Part shown: piece by piece, positions 7,312-17,252 of the stretch
Layout of the letters: every line of letters starts with the position of its first letter
Position numbering within the stretch: the stretch's first letter is position 1
Assembly: GCA_019244185.1 (NCBI GenBank)
Contig: JAFATB010000017.1
Location: 1 to 37,864 of the forward strand
Reading direction: 5' to 3'
Length of the DNA: 37,864 bases
Source of the DNA: Acidobacteriota bacterium
GTDB taxonomy: Bacteria; Acidobacteriota; Thermoanaerobaculia; Gp7-AA8
Notes under the pieces: generated by a model
The model's database searches: none
Seen by the model: the letters and a program-made list of their open reading frames with translations, nothing else
Told to the model about the DNA's origin: nothing
Made by a program: the position numbers and the translations under genes

Positions 7312-9015
7312 TTGACGTTTCGCAGTCACTTCGCACAGATCACGCAAGTCGCGGCCGCGCGCCCTGAATACGGACGCGGCGTGCGCGCCGCCGTCGCCAC
7401 CATCGGCCCGCTGCTCGTCGCGCAGAGCCTCGGCTCGCCGCAGGCGATCTGGCTCGGCCTGGCCGGCTTCAACGTTGCGCTGACGGACAAAGGCGGGCCG
7501 GTGCCGCGGCGTCTCGCGGCCATGCTGCCGACGACGTTCTTCGGCGTGCTCGCGGCGACGGTGGCCGCGGTCGCCGGACAGCACCTCGCGAGCGCCGTGA
7601 TCGCGACGGCGTTGTGGGCGCTCGGCGCGGGACTCGCGCGCACGTACGGCATCACCGCGACCTCCGCGGCGACGGTGTCGCTGGCGATGTTCGTCGTGTC
7701 GCTCGGCATCCCGGAGCCGACGCTCGCCGGCGCGCTCACGCGCGGCGCGGCCACACTCCTCGGCTCCGCCGGCGCGATCGTGCTCTCGCTGCTCGTCGGT
7801 CCGTTCCGTCCGTATCGACCGGCGCGCATGGCGGTCGCACGCGTCTATCGCGCGCTGGCGCACGGCGGCGACGTCGAGGCCGCACTTCGCGACGCACGCG
7901 TGGCGCTCGCGCGCATGCGGCGCGGCCTGCAGGGCGAATCGCATCGCGGCGAGCGGTTGCTCGTCCTCGTCGAAAGCGCGGAACGCATCGCGCCCGATCC
8001 CGCGCTCGCGCCGCCCCTCGAACGCATCGCGGAGCTCATCGAGAACGAGCGCACCGATCCCACACTCGCGACCGACGGTCCGCTGCACGACGCGGTCGTC
8101 GCCGTGAACGAGCTGAATGGCCGCGCTCCGCGGCCGCAGCTCAATCTGCGCGCGCCGATCGTCAGCGCGCTGACGTGGGAGTCGGCCGTGCTGCGTCACG
8201 CGATGCGCGTGGCGGTCGTCGCCGCGCTGGCCGTCGGACTCACGTCGGCGATGCACATCGCGCGTGGCTACTGGCTCACGCTCACGGTCATCGTCGTGCT
8301 GCAGCCGTACACGTCCGCGACGTTGCAGCGCGGCCTGCAGCGCGTCGCGGGAACGATCGCGGGCGGCATCTTCGCGGCGGTGCTGCTCTCGCTCGTGCAT
8401 TCGCCGCTGCAGATGCTCGTGCTCGTGTTCATCGGCGCGGCGCTAACCGTCGCGTGGCTGCCGGTCAACTACGGGCTTTATTCGTTCGTGCTCACGCCGA
8501 CGTTCGTGCTGCTCGCGGAGATCCACGCGCTCGATCGCCATCTCGTCTGGCTCCGCATCGAGAACACGGTCTTCGGCGCGCTCCTGGCGCTCCTCGGCGC
8601 ATGGCTGCTCTGGCCCGCATCCGAGCGAGGCCGCGTGCGCGACGACGTGACGGCCGCGCTGAACGCGCTCGCCGAGTACGCGCGCTGCGTCGGCTCGTGC
8701 GATGACGCGCAGGTGGCCGAGTCGCGGCACGCGTTGCTCGTCGCGCTGAACAACGTCGAAGCGTCCGTGCAGCGACTGCTGAGCGACGACCGCGGCGAAG
8801 AGTCGGAAGCGTTCATGACCATCACCGTGTACATGCGGCGTCTCGTGAAGTCGCTCGACGGACTACGCTTCCGCGCCGAGGCGCGCGAGTTGGCCGAGCC
8901 GCTGCACGCGCTTGCGAGCGACGTGGCGGTGATGCGCGCGCCGGCTCCGTTCGGCGCCGACGCGCCGGAGCCGCTGCGCGCGATGCGCGGGGCGATTACG
9001 CGCCTCGCGCGTTGA
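7312..9015 (+). CDS. FUSC / YccS-YhfK-like inner membrane protein
   Basis: Two hydrophobic clusters. C-terminal FUSC_2 signature RHAMRVAVV...GYWLTLTVIVVLQP...QRVAGTIAGG...RIENTVFG. The TTG start is uncertain. Confidence 0.85.
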   Translation: MTFRSHFAQITQVAAARPEYGRGVRAAVATIGPLLVAQSLGSPQAIWLGLAGFNVALTDKGGPVPRRLAAMLPTTFFGVLAATVAAVAGQHLASAVIATALWALGAGLARTYGITATSAATVSLAMFVVSLGIPEPTLAGALTRGAATLLGSAGAIVLSLLVGPFRPYRPARMAVARVYRALAHGGDVEAALRDARVALARMRRGLQGESHRGERLLVLVESAERIAPDPALAPPLERIAELIENERTDPTLATDGPLHDAVVAVNELNGRAPRPQLNLRAPIVSALTWESAVLRHAMRVAVVAALAVGLTSAMHIARGYWLTLTVIVVLQPYTSATLQRGLQRVAGTIAGGIFAAVLLSLVHSPLQMLVLVFIGAALTVAWLPVNYGLYSFVLTPTFVLLAEIHALDRHLVWLRIENTVFGALLALLGAWLLWPASERGRVRDDVTAALNALAEYARCVGSCDDAQVAESRHALLVALNNVEASVQRLLSDDRGEESEAFMTITVYMRRLVKSLDGLRFRAEARELAEPLHALASDVAVMRAPAPFGADAPEPLRAMRGAITRLAR

Positions 9016-9020
9016 CGCCG

Positions 9021-9863
9021 TTAACGCACGCCGAGCGATTCCGGCGCGCGAACGCGTCCGGCGACACCGCAGAGGATGAGCAGCGTGACGACGTACGGGA
9101 TCGCGAGCAGCAGATGGAACGGCAGCCCGTACGAGGCGGCCTGCAGCGCGTACTGCAGCGCGGCGGCGAGACCGAAGATGGCGGTGCCGAGAAGCGCGCC
9201 CTTCAGCTTCCAGCGTCCGAAGATCACGATCGAGAGCGCGATGAAGCCGCGGCCCGCGGTCATGTTCTCCGCGAAGCCGCTGGAGAGACCGAGCGAGAGA
9301 TACGCGCCGCCGAGACCGGCGAGGAATGCTTCGATCGCGAGCGCGCTCCAGCGGTAGCGCGCGACGTGCGGGACAGCGGTGGGGTTCTCGCCGCACGCGC
9401 GGAGGCGCAGGCCGAACGACGTGTTCCACAGCACGAGCGCGAGCGCGATGGGGAAGACGACCCACGCGAGCGGCAGCACGAAGTCGCCGTGCATCCGCGG
9501 CACCGACTGCACGAAGATCGCGCCCTGCTGCAGTTCCTGGTAGACGAAGCTCGTGACGCCGAGGGCGAGGAGGTTGATCGCGGTGCCGGTCACGATCTGA
9601 TCGGCGCGCATGGCGATGGCGAAGGCGCCGAAGAGTGCCGCGACGAGGAGCGCGCCGCCGACGCCGCCGAGAAATCCGATGGCGACGCTCTTCGTCAGCT
9701 GCGCCGCGAGCACCGCCGTCATCGCCGAGACGAGCATCATCCCCTCGATGCCGAGGTTGATGATGCCGCTGCGCTGCACGACCAGCTCGCCTTCGACGGC
9801 GAGGAGCAACGGCGTCGATGCGACGACGGCGAGCGGGAGAGCGTCAGCGACGAGTTCGAACAT
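9021..9863 (-). CDS. Nucleoside/simple-sugar (CUT2) ABC transporter permease
   Basis: Motifs QRSGIINLGIEGMML, ADQIVTGTAINL, GLRLRACGENP, MTAGRGFIAL.IVIFGRW and PYVVTL...APESLG. Confidence 0.93.
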   Translation of the reverse strand: MFELVADALPLAVVASTPLLLAVEGELVVQRSGIINLGIEGMMLVSAMTAVLAAQLTKSVAIGFLGGVGGALLVAALFGAFAIAMRADQIVTGTAINLLALGVTSFVYQELQQGAIFVQSVPRMHGDFVLPLAWVVFPIALALVLWNTSFGLRLRACGENPTAVPHVARYRWSALAIEAFLAGLGGAYLSLGLSSGFAENMTAGRGFIALSIVIFGRWKLKGALLGTAIFGLAAALQYALQAASYGLPFHLLLAIPYVVTLLILCGVAGRVRAPESLGVR

Positions 9864-10806
9864 AGTCGACTCCGATGAGCACGAGGATCACGACGGCCTG
9901 TCCGAGCGTCGCGACGCCGGACGAGATGCCGGCGGTGCGCTGCAGCTCGCCCGCGCCGGTCGTCAGCGCGCCGAAGAAGAGCGCGGAGGCGACGACGGCG
10001 AGCGGATGGAGTTGCGCGAGCAGCGCGACGGCGATGCCGGCGTAGCCGTAGCCGGCGGCGAAACGTTCGAAGAGGCGATGCGTGACGCCGAGGAGCTCGA
10101 TGCCGCCCGCGAGGCCGGCCGCGGCGCCGGAGACCGCCATCGCGCGCGCGAGCTGCGCGGAAACGCGAATGCCGGCCCAGCGCGCGGCGGACGGATTGAG
10201 GCCGGTCGCACGCAGGCGCAGGCCTTCCGCGGTGCGATAGAGCAGCCACCACGAGCCGATGCTCGCCGCGAGCGCGAGCACGACGCCGAAGTGCACGGAA
10301 CCGAGCGCGGGCAGCGTCGCCGCGGCGGCGTCGGTTTGCGGATACTGCGCCGCGCGTTCCTGCAGCGGGCCGTTGACGCACCAGCCGAGGAGATGGATGG
10401 CGATGAAGTTGAGGAGGATCGTCGTCAGCACTTCGGGGGCGTTGCGCCAGAGCCGCATGGCCGTCGCGAGCGACGCCCACGCCGCGCCCGCGAGCATCGC
10501 CGCAAGCAGCGAGACGATGACGCCATAGCGCGCGCCGAGCAGCCCCGCGAGCGCGCCGGCGATGAACTGCCCTTCGCCGCCGATGTTCCAGACGCCCGCG
10601 CGAAAGGCGATGGCGACGCTGAGTCCCGTCAGCAGGAGCGGCACGGATTTCAGCAGCGTCCCCGCGATCGCGAATGGCGAGCCGACCGAGCCGCGCACGA
10701 GGATCGCGAGCAGCTCGCGCGGATCGTGCCCGAACGCGAGCGCGGAGAGCGCGAGGAGCAGGAGCGCGACGCACGCGGCTGCGGCGGCGATGAGGAGGCG
10801 CTTCAT
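9844..10806 (-). CDS. Nucleoside/simple-sugar (CUT2) ABC transporter permease
   Basis: Motifs AFRAGVWNIGGEGQF, EVLTTILLNFIA, LRATGLNPSAARWAGI and GYGYAGIAVALLA. Confidence 0.93.
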   Translation of the reverse strand: MKRLLIAAAAACVALLLLALSALAFGHDPRELLAILVRGSVGSPFAIAGTLLKSVPLLLTGLSVAIAFRAGVWNIGGEGQFIAGALAGLLGARYGVIVSLLAAMLAGAAWASLATAMRLWRNAPEVLTTILLNFIAIHLLGWCVNGPLQERAAQYPQTDAAAATLPALGSVHFGVVLALAASIGSWWLLYRTAEGLRLRATGLNPSAARWAGIRVSAQLARAMAVSGAAAGLAGGIELLGVTHRLFERFAAGYGYAGIAVALLAQLHPLAVVASALFFGALTTGAGELQRTAGISSGVATLGQAVVILVLIGVDYVRTRR

Positions 10807-12098
10807 GCGACGCCTGCCATCAGTTTCCCGACCCGCGCCGCCGCCTCCGCCCGCCCGAGCCGTTCGCTGAGTTTTTTGCGATAAATCACGTGCAGCGCGT
10901 CGGCGAGTGCGAACGCCTCGTCGAGATCGGACGTGATCAGCAGGATCGCGGCGCCGTTTGCGGCAGCGGCGCGGAGCTGGTCGTGCACGAAGCGCGTGGC
11001 CTCGAGGTCGAGTCCGCGCGTCGGTTCCGCGGCGACGATGACGCGCGGCTTGCGCTCGAGCTCGCGGGCGAGGACGAGCTTCTGCTGGTTGCCGCCGGAG
11101 AGATCACCGGCGCGCTGCAGCGGTCCGCGTGCGCGGATCGAGTAGAGCGCGATCATCGTCTCCGCGTGTTTCGCGGCCGCGCGCGGATTCCAGCGCGATG
11201 CTTTGAGCGCGAGATTCTCGGCGAGCGTCATCGCCGCGACGATGCCGTCGCGCGTGCGGTCTTCGGGAATGTGCCCCGCGTCCGGCAACGCATCGCGTAG
11301 CCGCGCGGCGAGCTCCGTCTGCCCGTTGCCCGCGACGCCGACCACCGCGACGATCTCGCCCGCGTGCAGCACGAGTCCTTCGCGGTCGAGCGCCACCTCG
11401 CCGCGCGCGCGTTCGTGCGCGGGAGGCGGGGAGGGAGGGGAGGCGACCATGACGCGCGCGAGCGACTCGGCATTCGTGTCGGACGCGCGCGTGTCGAGCA
11501 CCAGCCGTCCGCCGCGCATCACCACGACGCGTTCCGCGACGGCCATTACCTCCGGCAGTTTGTGGCTGATGAACGTGACCGCGGTGCCGCTCGCGGCGAG
11601 GCGGCGCATCACGCGAAACAGCTCTTCCGCTTCGTGCGGCGTCAGCACCGCGGTCGGCTCGTCGAGGATCAGCGTCGACGGCTTCGTCGCGATCGCCTTG
11701 ATCAGCTCGAGCTTCGACTTCTCGCCGACCGAGAGCATCTCGACGCGCCGCTGCACGTTCGTGAGAGCGATGCCGGATTCCGCGATCACGGCTTCGGCAC
11801 GGCGTTCGAGCGCGCGGCGCGTGGCGAAACGGAAGTCGATGCCGAGGGCCAGGTTCTCGGCGATGGTCAACTCGTTGACCAGAACGAAGTGTTGATGGAC
11901 GAGCGCGACGCCGCCGCGGCTCGCGACGCGTCCGGCATCCGGCGCGAGCTCGCCGGCGGCGATGCGCATCAGCGTCGTCTTGCCCGCGCCGTTCTCGCCG
12001 ACCACGGCCACGATCGTGCCGGCGTCGAGGGTCAGCGACACGTCGTCGACGGCGCGATGCGCGCCGAACAACTTGCCGATGTGCTCGAGGCGTAACAA
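10803..12098 (-). CDS. CUT2-type ABC transporter ATP-binding protein (two NBDs)
   Basis: Walker A GENGAGKTT, LILDEPT, ISHKL, degenerate second Walker A GVAGNGQT, LSGGNQQK and PTRGLD. The TTG start abuts the upstream stop. Confidence 0.93.
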   Translation of the reverse strand: MLRLEHIGKLFGAHRAVDDVSLTLDAGTIVAVVGENGAGKTTLMRIAAGELAPDAGRVASRGGVALVHQHFVLVNELTIAENLALGIDFRFATRRALERRAEAVIAESGIALTNVQRRVEMLSVGEKSKLELIKAIATKPSTLILDEPTAVLTPHEAEELFRVMRRLAASGTAVTFISHKLPEVMAVAERVVVMRGGRLVLDTRASDTNAESLARVMVASPPSPPPAHERARGEVALDREGLVLHAGEIVAVVGVAGNGQTELAARLRDALPDAGHIPEDRTRDGIVAAMTLAENLALKASRWNPRAAAKHAETMIALYSIRARGPLQRAGDLSGGNQQKLVLARELERKPRVIVAAEPTRGLDLEATRFVHDQLRAAAANGAAILLITSDLDEAFALADALHVIYRKKLSERLGRAEAAARVGKLMAGVA

Positions 12099-13115
12099 CT
12101 AGAACCCGAGCGGCACCTGCAACGCGCCCTGCTTGATCTGCGCTTCGAGGCGCTCCACCTCGGCCACCGTCGCCGGCGCGAGCGTTCCTTTCAGCTTCTC
12201 GTTCCACTCCAGCGTGACGATGCCGTTGGCCATGCCGAACATCTGGATCTCTGGCTTGAACTGCTTGTCGCGCACGGTCTTCGCCATGCGCACGAACGCG
12301 CCGGGGACGTCGAGCACGGCCGACGCGACGATGACGTCGGGCGCGAGATCGTTCTGATTCTTGTTCGAGCCGAAGCAGCGGATCTTCCGCTCGCTGCACG
12401 CCTGAAAGACGCCGCGTCCGGCCTCGTTGGCCTGATGGAAGACGAAGTCGGCGCCGGCGTTGATGAGCGAGAGCGTGGCCACTTTCGCGGCGCCCAGGTC
12501 ATCGAAGTTGCCGGTGTAGATCTCCTTCACTTCGAACTTCGGATTCACCGAATGCGCGCCGGCCTTGAAGGCCTCGAACGTCGACGCAATCGACGGGAGG
12601 TTGATGCCGCCGACGAGACCGGCCTTGCCGGTTTTCGATTCGCGCGCGGCGATGACGCCGAGGAGGTAGGTCGCTTCCTCGAGTCGGAAGCGCATCGGCG
12701 CGACGTTGCGCGCCACCGTGCTGCCGGACGTCGTCACGAACATCGTGTCGGGATACTCGGCGCCGGCTTTCTTCGCCGCGTCCTGGAACTCGAAGCCGTG
12801 GCCGAAGGCGAGGTCGAACTTCTTCGCGCCGTACGAGCGGAAGCCTTCATCGAACTCGGCGGGCGTCTTCGTCTCCTGATGCGAGATCTCGGCGCCGAGC
12901 TCTTTCTGGATGCGCTGCATGCCTTCCCACGCGATCGCGTTCCAGCCGCCGTCGTTGATCGAGCCGGGCGTGAGCAGGCCGACGCGGAACGGCTTCGACG
13001 TGGATGCGGCACCGCGCGTTGCCGCGGGCGCCGTCGAAGTGTTTGCGGGCGCGGACGTTTCCGGTTTCGCGCAGGCGAGGACGAGGAAGGCAAAGGCAAG
13101 CACGGCACGTTTCAT
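12099..13115 (-). CDS. BMP family ABC substrate-binding lipoprotein (nucleoside-type)
   Basis: Lipobox LVLAC. Motifs GSINDGGWNA, GHGFEF, EEATYLLG and GNFDD. First gene of the ABC operon. Confidence 0.93.
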   Translation of the reverse strand: MKRAVLAFAFLVLACAKPETSAPANTSTAPAATRGAASTSKPFRVGLLTPGSINDGGWNAIAWEGMQRIQKELGAEISHQETKTPAEFDEGFRSYGAKKFDLAFGHGFEFQDAAKKAGAEYPDTMFVTTSGSTVARNVAPMRFRLEEATYLLGVIAARESKTGKAGLVGGINLPSIASTFEAFKAGAHSVNPKFEVKEIYTGNFDDLGAAKVATLSLINAGADFVFHQANEAGRGVFQACSERKIRCFGSNKNQNDLAPDVIVASAVLDVPGAFVRMAKTVRDKQFKPEIQMFGMANGIVTLEWNEKLKGTLAPATVAEVERLEAQIKQGALQVPLGF

Positions 13116-13194
13116 AAGCCGCGGATTTTACGGGTTGCTTGTTGACGCTGGCCAGAGGTATACGGTTTGCGGGAGAAGCACGAAGGAGGAAGTG

Positions 13195-13392
13195 ATGGAC
13201 GACATCGATCGCAACGACGGCGCCGACTACGAAGACGAGGACGAACAGATCGAGCAGATGATCATCGAGAACGGGATCCTGCTGCACAGTCTCTCGACGC
13301 TTTTGGTGCGCAAGGGCATCCTCAAGCAGGAAGAGATCGACGCGGAGATGGACCGTCTCTACGACGAGATGGAGAACTTCGAGCAGCAGTAG
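13195..13392 (+). CDS. Small acidic hypothetical protein (65 aa)
   Basis: Strong SD AAGGAGG at 13183-13189, host-like codon usage, sequence MDDIDRNDGADYEDEDEQ...LLVRKGILKQEEIDAEMDRL. Confidence 0.75.
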   Translation: MDDIDRNDGADYEDEDEQIEQMIIENGILLHSLSTLLVRKGILKQEEIDAEMDRLYDEMENFEQQ

Positions 13393-13483
13393 CGCACGGC
13401 CGCGGCTGGCGGGCTGGGGAAGCAGGTCCGGTCCGTCGCTGTTGATGCCCGGCGACGATCCGTCGGAAGGTGGATAGAACCTG

Positions 13484-15052
13484 ATGAGATTCCGTACGTT
13501 CCTCAGTGCTGCTCTCGTGGCCGGCCTCGCCGGCAGCGCATTCGCGCTCACGTCCGAGCACACCGACTGGGGCCGCGGCGCCGTGCAGTTCCTCATGACG
13601 CACGACGAGGCGGCGAAGTGGAAGACGATCCAGAACGACGCCGACGCGGACGCGTTCATCGCCCTCTTCTGGGCGCGGCGCGATCCGACGCCCAACACCC
13701 CGCGCAACGAGTACCGCGAGCAGATCGAAGAGCGCATCCGCTACGCGGACGAGCACTTCGGCACCGGCAAGACGAAAGGCTCGATGACCGATCGCGGTCA
13801 CGCGCTCGTCGTCTACGGCGCGCCCGCGAAGGTCGTGCAGAGTACGACGCAGGACACCTCGTCGCCCGACACGAGCTCCGGCGGGATGTCGAACGACGCG
13901 GCCGCGTCGTCGCCCGACGCGATGACGTGGACCTACAACGACGAGCCGGTCTTCCAGACGGCGACGACGTCGCTGCGTTTCGTCGACCGCTTCCACACCG
14001 GCGACTGGCGCCTCGACCGCAAGTTCGACGCGGCGTCGCAGGATCGCGCGATCGCGCGCGGCATCACGCAGCCGAACCTCACCGCGCCGCCGCAACTCGC
14101 GCAGCAGTCCGCGCCCGTTGCCGCGGCGCCCGCTCCGGCTCCCGCGCCCGCCGCACCGGCCGTCGCGTCGCTGCAGAGCGAAGCGCTGCGCGCGGCGGTC
14201 GAGAGCTTCAAGGCCGCGGCGACGAATCCGTACGAGAAGTCGCCGTCGTACCTCGCGTGGGACGAAGAGATCACCAACACGGGCGATTACTTCGTGCCGG
14301 TCGTGCTGTACGTGCCGAAGACGTCCGGCATCGCGCCGTCGTCGGGCCTCACGTTCTTCGGCGTCGTCGAAGACGCGAGCGGCAAGACGGTCGCGGCGTT
14401 CGAGCAGCCGGCACATCTCAACGCGACGAAGGACGATCTCTTCATCGACACCTCGTTCCCGCAGCTGCCCGCGGGCGCGTCGCGTGCGATCGTCGGTCTC
14501 GCCGACAACGGCAAGGTCGTGACGATGGCGTCGCAGCCGATGACGCTCGCCGGCACGATCGACAAGACCGCGTCCGCGAGCGGACGGCTCATCCTGTCGA
14601 ACAACGTCTTCGCGATGAAGGAAGCGCAGAAGCCGACCGAGCCGTTCGCGTACGGCGGCCTCAAAGTCATCCCGAAGGCCGACAAGACGTTCCATCGCTC
14701 GGACGATCTCGCGTACTTTGTCGAGCTGCGCAATCCCGGCGTCGTCGATCCCACGGCGGGCAACAGCGCGGTCGTGCCGGTCAACGGCGATCCGACGCCG
14801 ATGCCGAAGTTGCAGGTGAAGCTCGATCTCGAAGGGACCGAGCGCGACGGCGGAAAGAAGATCCACTCCGCGCTGCCGCTGCGCGAGATGCCCGCCTTCG
14901 CCGTGAAGGGCATCCCCGGCCGCTTCGGCCTCGGCAGCGACATTCCGCTCGCGTCATTCAAGCCGGGCGACTACACGTTCACGGTCAAGATCATCGACAC
15001 GGTGAAGAAGACTTCGTACACGGTTTCGGACTCTTTCAAGCTGGTCGAGTAG
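13484..15052 (+). CDS. GWxTD domain-containing secreted protein
   Basis: Signal peptide. [31 protein letters not shown]...GSMTDRG...YGAP, then a Pro/Ala linker and a beta-rich C-terminus ([12 protein letters not shown]). Confidence 0.85.
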   Translation: MRFRTFLSAALVAGLAGSAFALTSEHTDWGRGAVQFLMTHDEAAKWKTIQNDADADAFIALFWARRDPTPNTPRNEYREQIEERIRYADEHFGTGKTKGSMTDRGHALVVYGAPAKVVQSTTQDTSSPDTSSGGMSNDAAASSPDAMTWTYNDEPVFQTATTSLRFVDRFHTGDWRLDRKFDAASQDRAIARGITQPNLTAPPQLAQQSAPVAAAPAPAPAPAAPAVASLQSEALRAAVESFKAAATNPYEKSPSYLAWDEEITNTGDYFVPVVLYVPKTSGIAPSSGLTFFGVVEDASGKTVAAFEQPAHLNATKDDLFIDTSFPQLPAGASRAIVGLADNGKVVTMASQPMTLAGTIDKTASASGRLILSNNVFAMKEAQKPTEPFAYGGLKVIPKADKTFHRSDDLAYFVELRNPGVVDPTAGNSAVVPVNGDPTPMPKLQVKLDLEGTERDGGKKIHSALPLREMPAFAVKGIPGRFGLGSDIPLASFKPGDYTFTVKIIDTVKKTSYTVSDSFKLVE

Positions 15053-15077
15053 AATTAATTCAGGAATGGCGTCCACT

Positions 15078-16280
15078 ATGCCCTTTGCCACCATCGAAGA
15101 AGCGGCCGAGCTCTATCGCCGCGGACAGTTCGTGATCATCGTCGACGACGAGGATCGCGAGAACGAGGGAGACCTCTGCATCGCGGCGGAGAACGTCACG
15201 CCCGAGGCCGTGAACTTCATGGCGCGGTTCGGGCGGGGACTGATCTGCCTCGCGCTCACGGAAGAGCGTTGCAACGAGCTCGACCTGCCGCTGATGGTGG
15301 AGAACAACACCGCCACGTTCGGCACCGCGTTCACGGTGTCGATCGAGGCGCGCGGACGCGTGACGACCGGCATCTCGGCGTTCGATCGCGCGGAGACCGT
15401 GCGCGTGGCCATCGATCCGAAGACGCGGCCGCTGGATCTCGCGCGGCCGGGACACGTCTTTCCGCTGCGCGCGAAAAAGGGCGGCGTGCTCAAACGCGCC
15501 GGCCAGACCGAGGCGTCGGTGGATCTCGCGGCCATCGCGGGGCTCACGCCGGCGTCGGTCATCTGCGAGATCATGAACGAGGACGGCACGATGGCGCGGC
15601 TCGCGGACCTGCGCGAGTTCGCCGTGAAGCACGGCCTCAAGATCATCTCCGTCGCGGACATCATCAAGTACCGCATGCAGACGGAGAAGCACGTGCACTG
15701 CCTCGCGTCGCCGAAGCTGCCGACGGACTACGGCGAGTTCCGCGTGTACGCGTACAAGAGCGACATCACCGGCGAGGAGCACGTCGCGCTGGTGAAGGGC
15801 GAGATCCACGAGGATGACGAGGTGCTCGTGCGCGTGCATTCGTCGTGTCTCACCGGCGACGTCTTCCACTCCAGCCGCTGCGACTGCGGCGATCAGCTCG
15901 AGCGCGCGTTCGCGCTGATCGAGAAGGAAGGGAAGGGCGTCGTTCTTTATCTGCTGCAGGAAGGACGCGGCATCGGCCTCGTGAACAAGCTGCGCGCGTA
16001 CGAGCTGCAGGACCAGGGCGACGACACCATCGAGGCGAACGCGAAGCTCGGCTTCGCTCCCGACATCCGCAACTACGGCACCGGCTCTCAGATCCTCCGC
16101 GACCTCGGCGTGCGCAAGATCCGCCTGATGACGAACAACCCGGCCAAGTTCGTGGCGATCGAGGGCTTCGGCCTCGAGATCGTCGCGCGCGTGCCGCTCG
16201 AGATCGCGCCGTCGCTGACGACGAAGAAGTATCTCGAGACGAAGAAAAAGAAGCTCGGGCACATTCTCGAACTGGTCTGA
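15078..16280 (+). CDS. ribBA: Bifunctional 3,4-dihydroxy-2-butanone-4-phosphate synthase / GTP cyclohydrolase II
   Basis: [27 protein letters not shown] and CEIMNEDG; then [34 protein letters not shown] and LMTNNP. Alternative start at 15066. Confidence 0.97.
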   Translation: MPFATIEEAAELYRRGQFVIIVDDEDRENEGDLCIAAENVTPEAVNFMARFGRGLICLALTEERCNELDLPLMVENNTATFGTAFTVSIEARGRVTTGISAFDRAETVRVAIDPKTRPLDLARPGHVFPLRAKKGGVLKRAGQTEASVDLAAIAGLTPASVICEIMNEDGTMARLADLREFAVKHGLKIISVADIIKYRMQTEKHVHCLASPKLPTDYGEFRVYAYKSDITGEEHVALVKGEIHEDDEVLVRVHSSCLTGDVFHSSRCDCGDQLERAFALIEKEGKGVVLYLLQEGRGIGLVNKLRAYELQDQGDDTIEANAKLGFAPDIRNYGTGSQILRDLGVRKIRLMTNNPAKFVAIEGFGLEIVARVPLEIAPSLTTKKYLETKKKKLGHILELV

Positions 16281-16307
16281 GGCGCGACCGCAGTATGATC
16301 CGCGCCG

Positions 16308-17009
16308 ATGCCACACACCGGTCCCATTCTCGAAGGGCGCGGCGAGACGGATTACGAGCGCTACGTGCGCGTGCCGGAGCTGCTCGAGCTGCAGAAGCCC
16401 GCCGAGCTGCTCGCCAATCCTGAAGAGCGGCTGTTCCAGATCACGCACCAGAGCGCCGAGCTCTGGCTGCATCACATCGACTACGAGGTCGACCGCGCCG
16501 TGGCGCACATCGACCGCGACGAGCTGCATCTCGCGGCCGACCTCATGCACCGCTGCCGGATGATCCTCGATCTGCTGCGCGAGCAGATCATCATTCTCGA
16601 GACGATGGCACCCGCCGACTATCACGTGCTGCGTACGAGCTCACTGGGGCGGGGGAGCGGGCAGGAGTCGCCGGGGTTTGCGCTCCTGCTGAATGTCGGA
16701 AAACGCCTCTGGCCGCACTTCACCGATGCGCTGGCGCGCAAGTCGGTGACGGTGCTCGAAATCGAGCGGGAGCCGCGCGTGCATTACGAGCTCTTTCGGC
16801 TCCTGCAGGCGTTCATGGATTACGACGAGGCGTTCTTGAAGTGGCGGTACACGCACATGCGGCTCGCTTTCCGCATCATCGGCGACCGGGTCATGTCGTT
16901 GAAGAACGTACCGGCGGCTCAGCTCGATGCAGGGACGCGCGAGCCGTTGTTTCCGGAGTTGTGGGCGGCGATCAGCGAGCTCACGGGCGAGTTCAAGCCG
17001 TCGTTTTGA
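16308..17009 (+). CDS. Tryptophan 2,3-dioxygenase-like heme protein (non-canonical)
   Basis: Motifs DYERYVRVPELLELQK, LFQITHQSAELW, LETM.P.DY, GSGQESPGF and WRYTH...RIIG. The canonical GTGGS loop is absent. Confidence 0.85.
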   Translation: MPHTGPILEGRGETDYERYVRVPELLELQKPAELLANPEERLFQITHQSAELWLHHIDYEVDRAVAHIDRDELHLAADLMHRCRMILDLLREQIIILETMAPADYHVLRTSSLGRGSGQESPGFALLLNVGKRLWPHFTDALARKSVTVLEIEREPRVHYELFRLLQAFMDYDEAFLKWRYTHMRLAFRIIGDRVMSLKNVPAAQLDAGTREPLFPELWAAISELTGEFKPSF

Positions 17010-17034
17010 AGGGGTGGTTTTCTTTCGTGCGGGT

Positions 17035-17066
17035 GGCGTGTCGAACCGTTGCAGGCACGCTGTTTT
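17035..17066 (+). terminator. Possible weak intrinsic terminator after the TDO-like gene
   Basis: GGCGTGTC / GGCACGCT stem (8 bp including G-U pairs, 11-nt loop), followed by GTTTT. Confidence 0.3.
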
Positions 17067-17129
17067 CGCGAGACATTTACGAGGACTTTTCACGGCTAAA
17101 ACTTTCGGTTTCAGCCATTACCAATTAGG

Positions 17130-17158
17130 TTGACGGTGAAGATGAGCATCTGTATATT
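17130..17158 (+). promoter_or_regulatory. Sigma70-type promoter for the TPR-TonB-ExbBDD operon
   Basis: TTGACG (17130-17135), 17-nt spacer, TATATT (17153-17158), within the largest and most AT-rich intergenic region. Confidence 0.75.
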
Positions 17159-17252
17159 CGCTCACCATTGCCTGACGCGGGCCGGGAAGCAGCCTGACAA
17201 CAGCGCCCCCTGCAAAGATCTGCGATCACCATTCTGGGAGTTCGGAATCAAC

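Noticed and set aside
13135-13166. Possible sigma70 promoter (TTGACG ... TACGGT) for the small acidic gene
   Set aside because: The spacing of 13 nt is wrong, and the alternative -35 boxes are weak.
15053-15077. FMN riboswitch upstream of ribBA
   Set aside because: Only 13-25 nt separate it from the upstream gene, and no RFN consensus is present.
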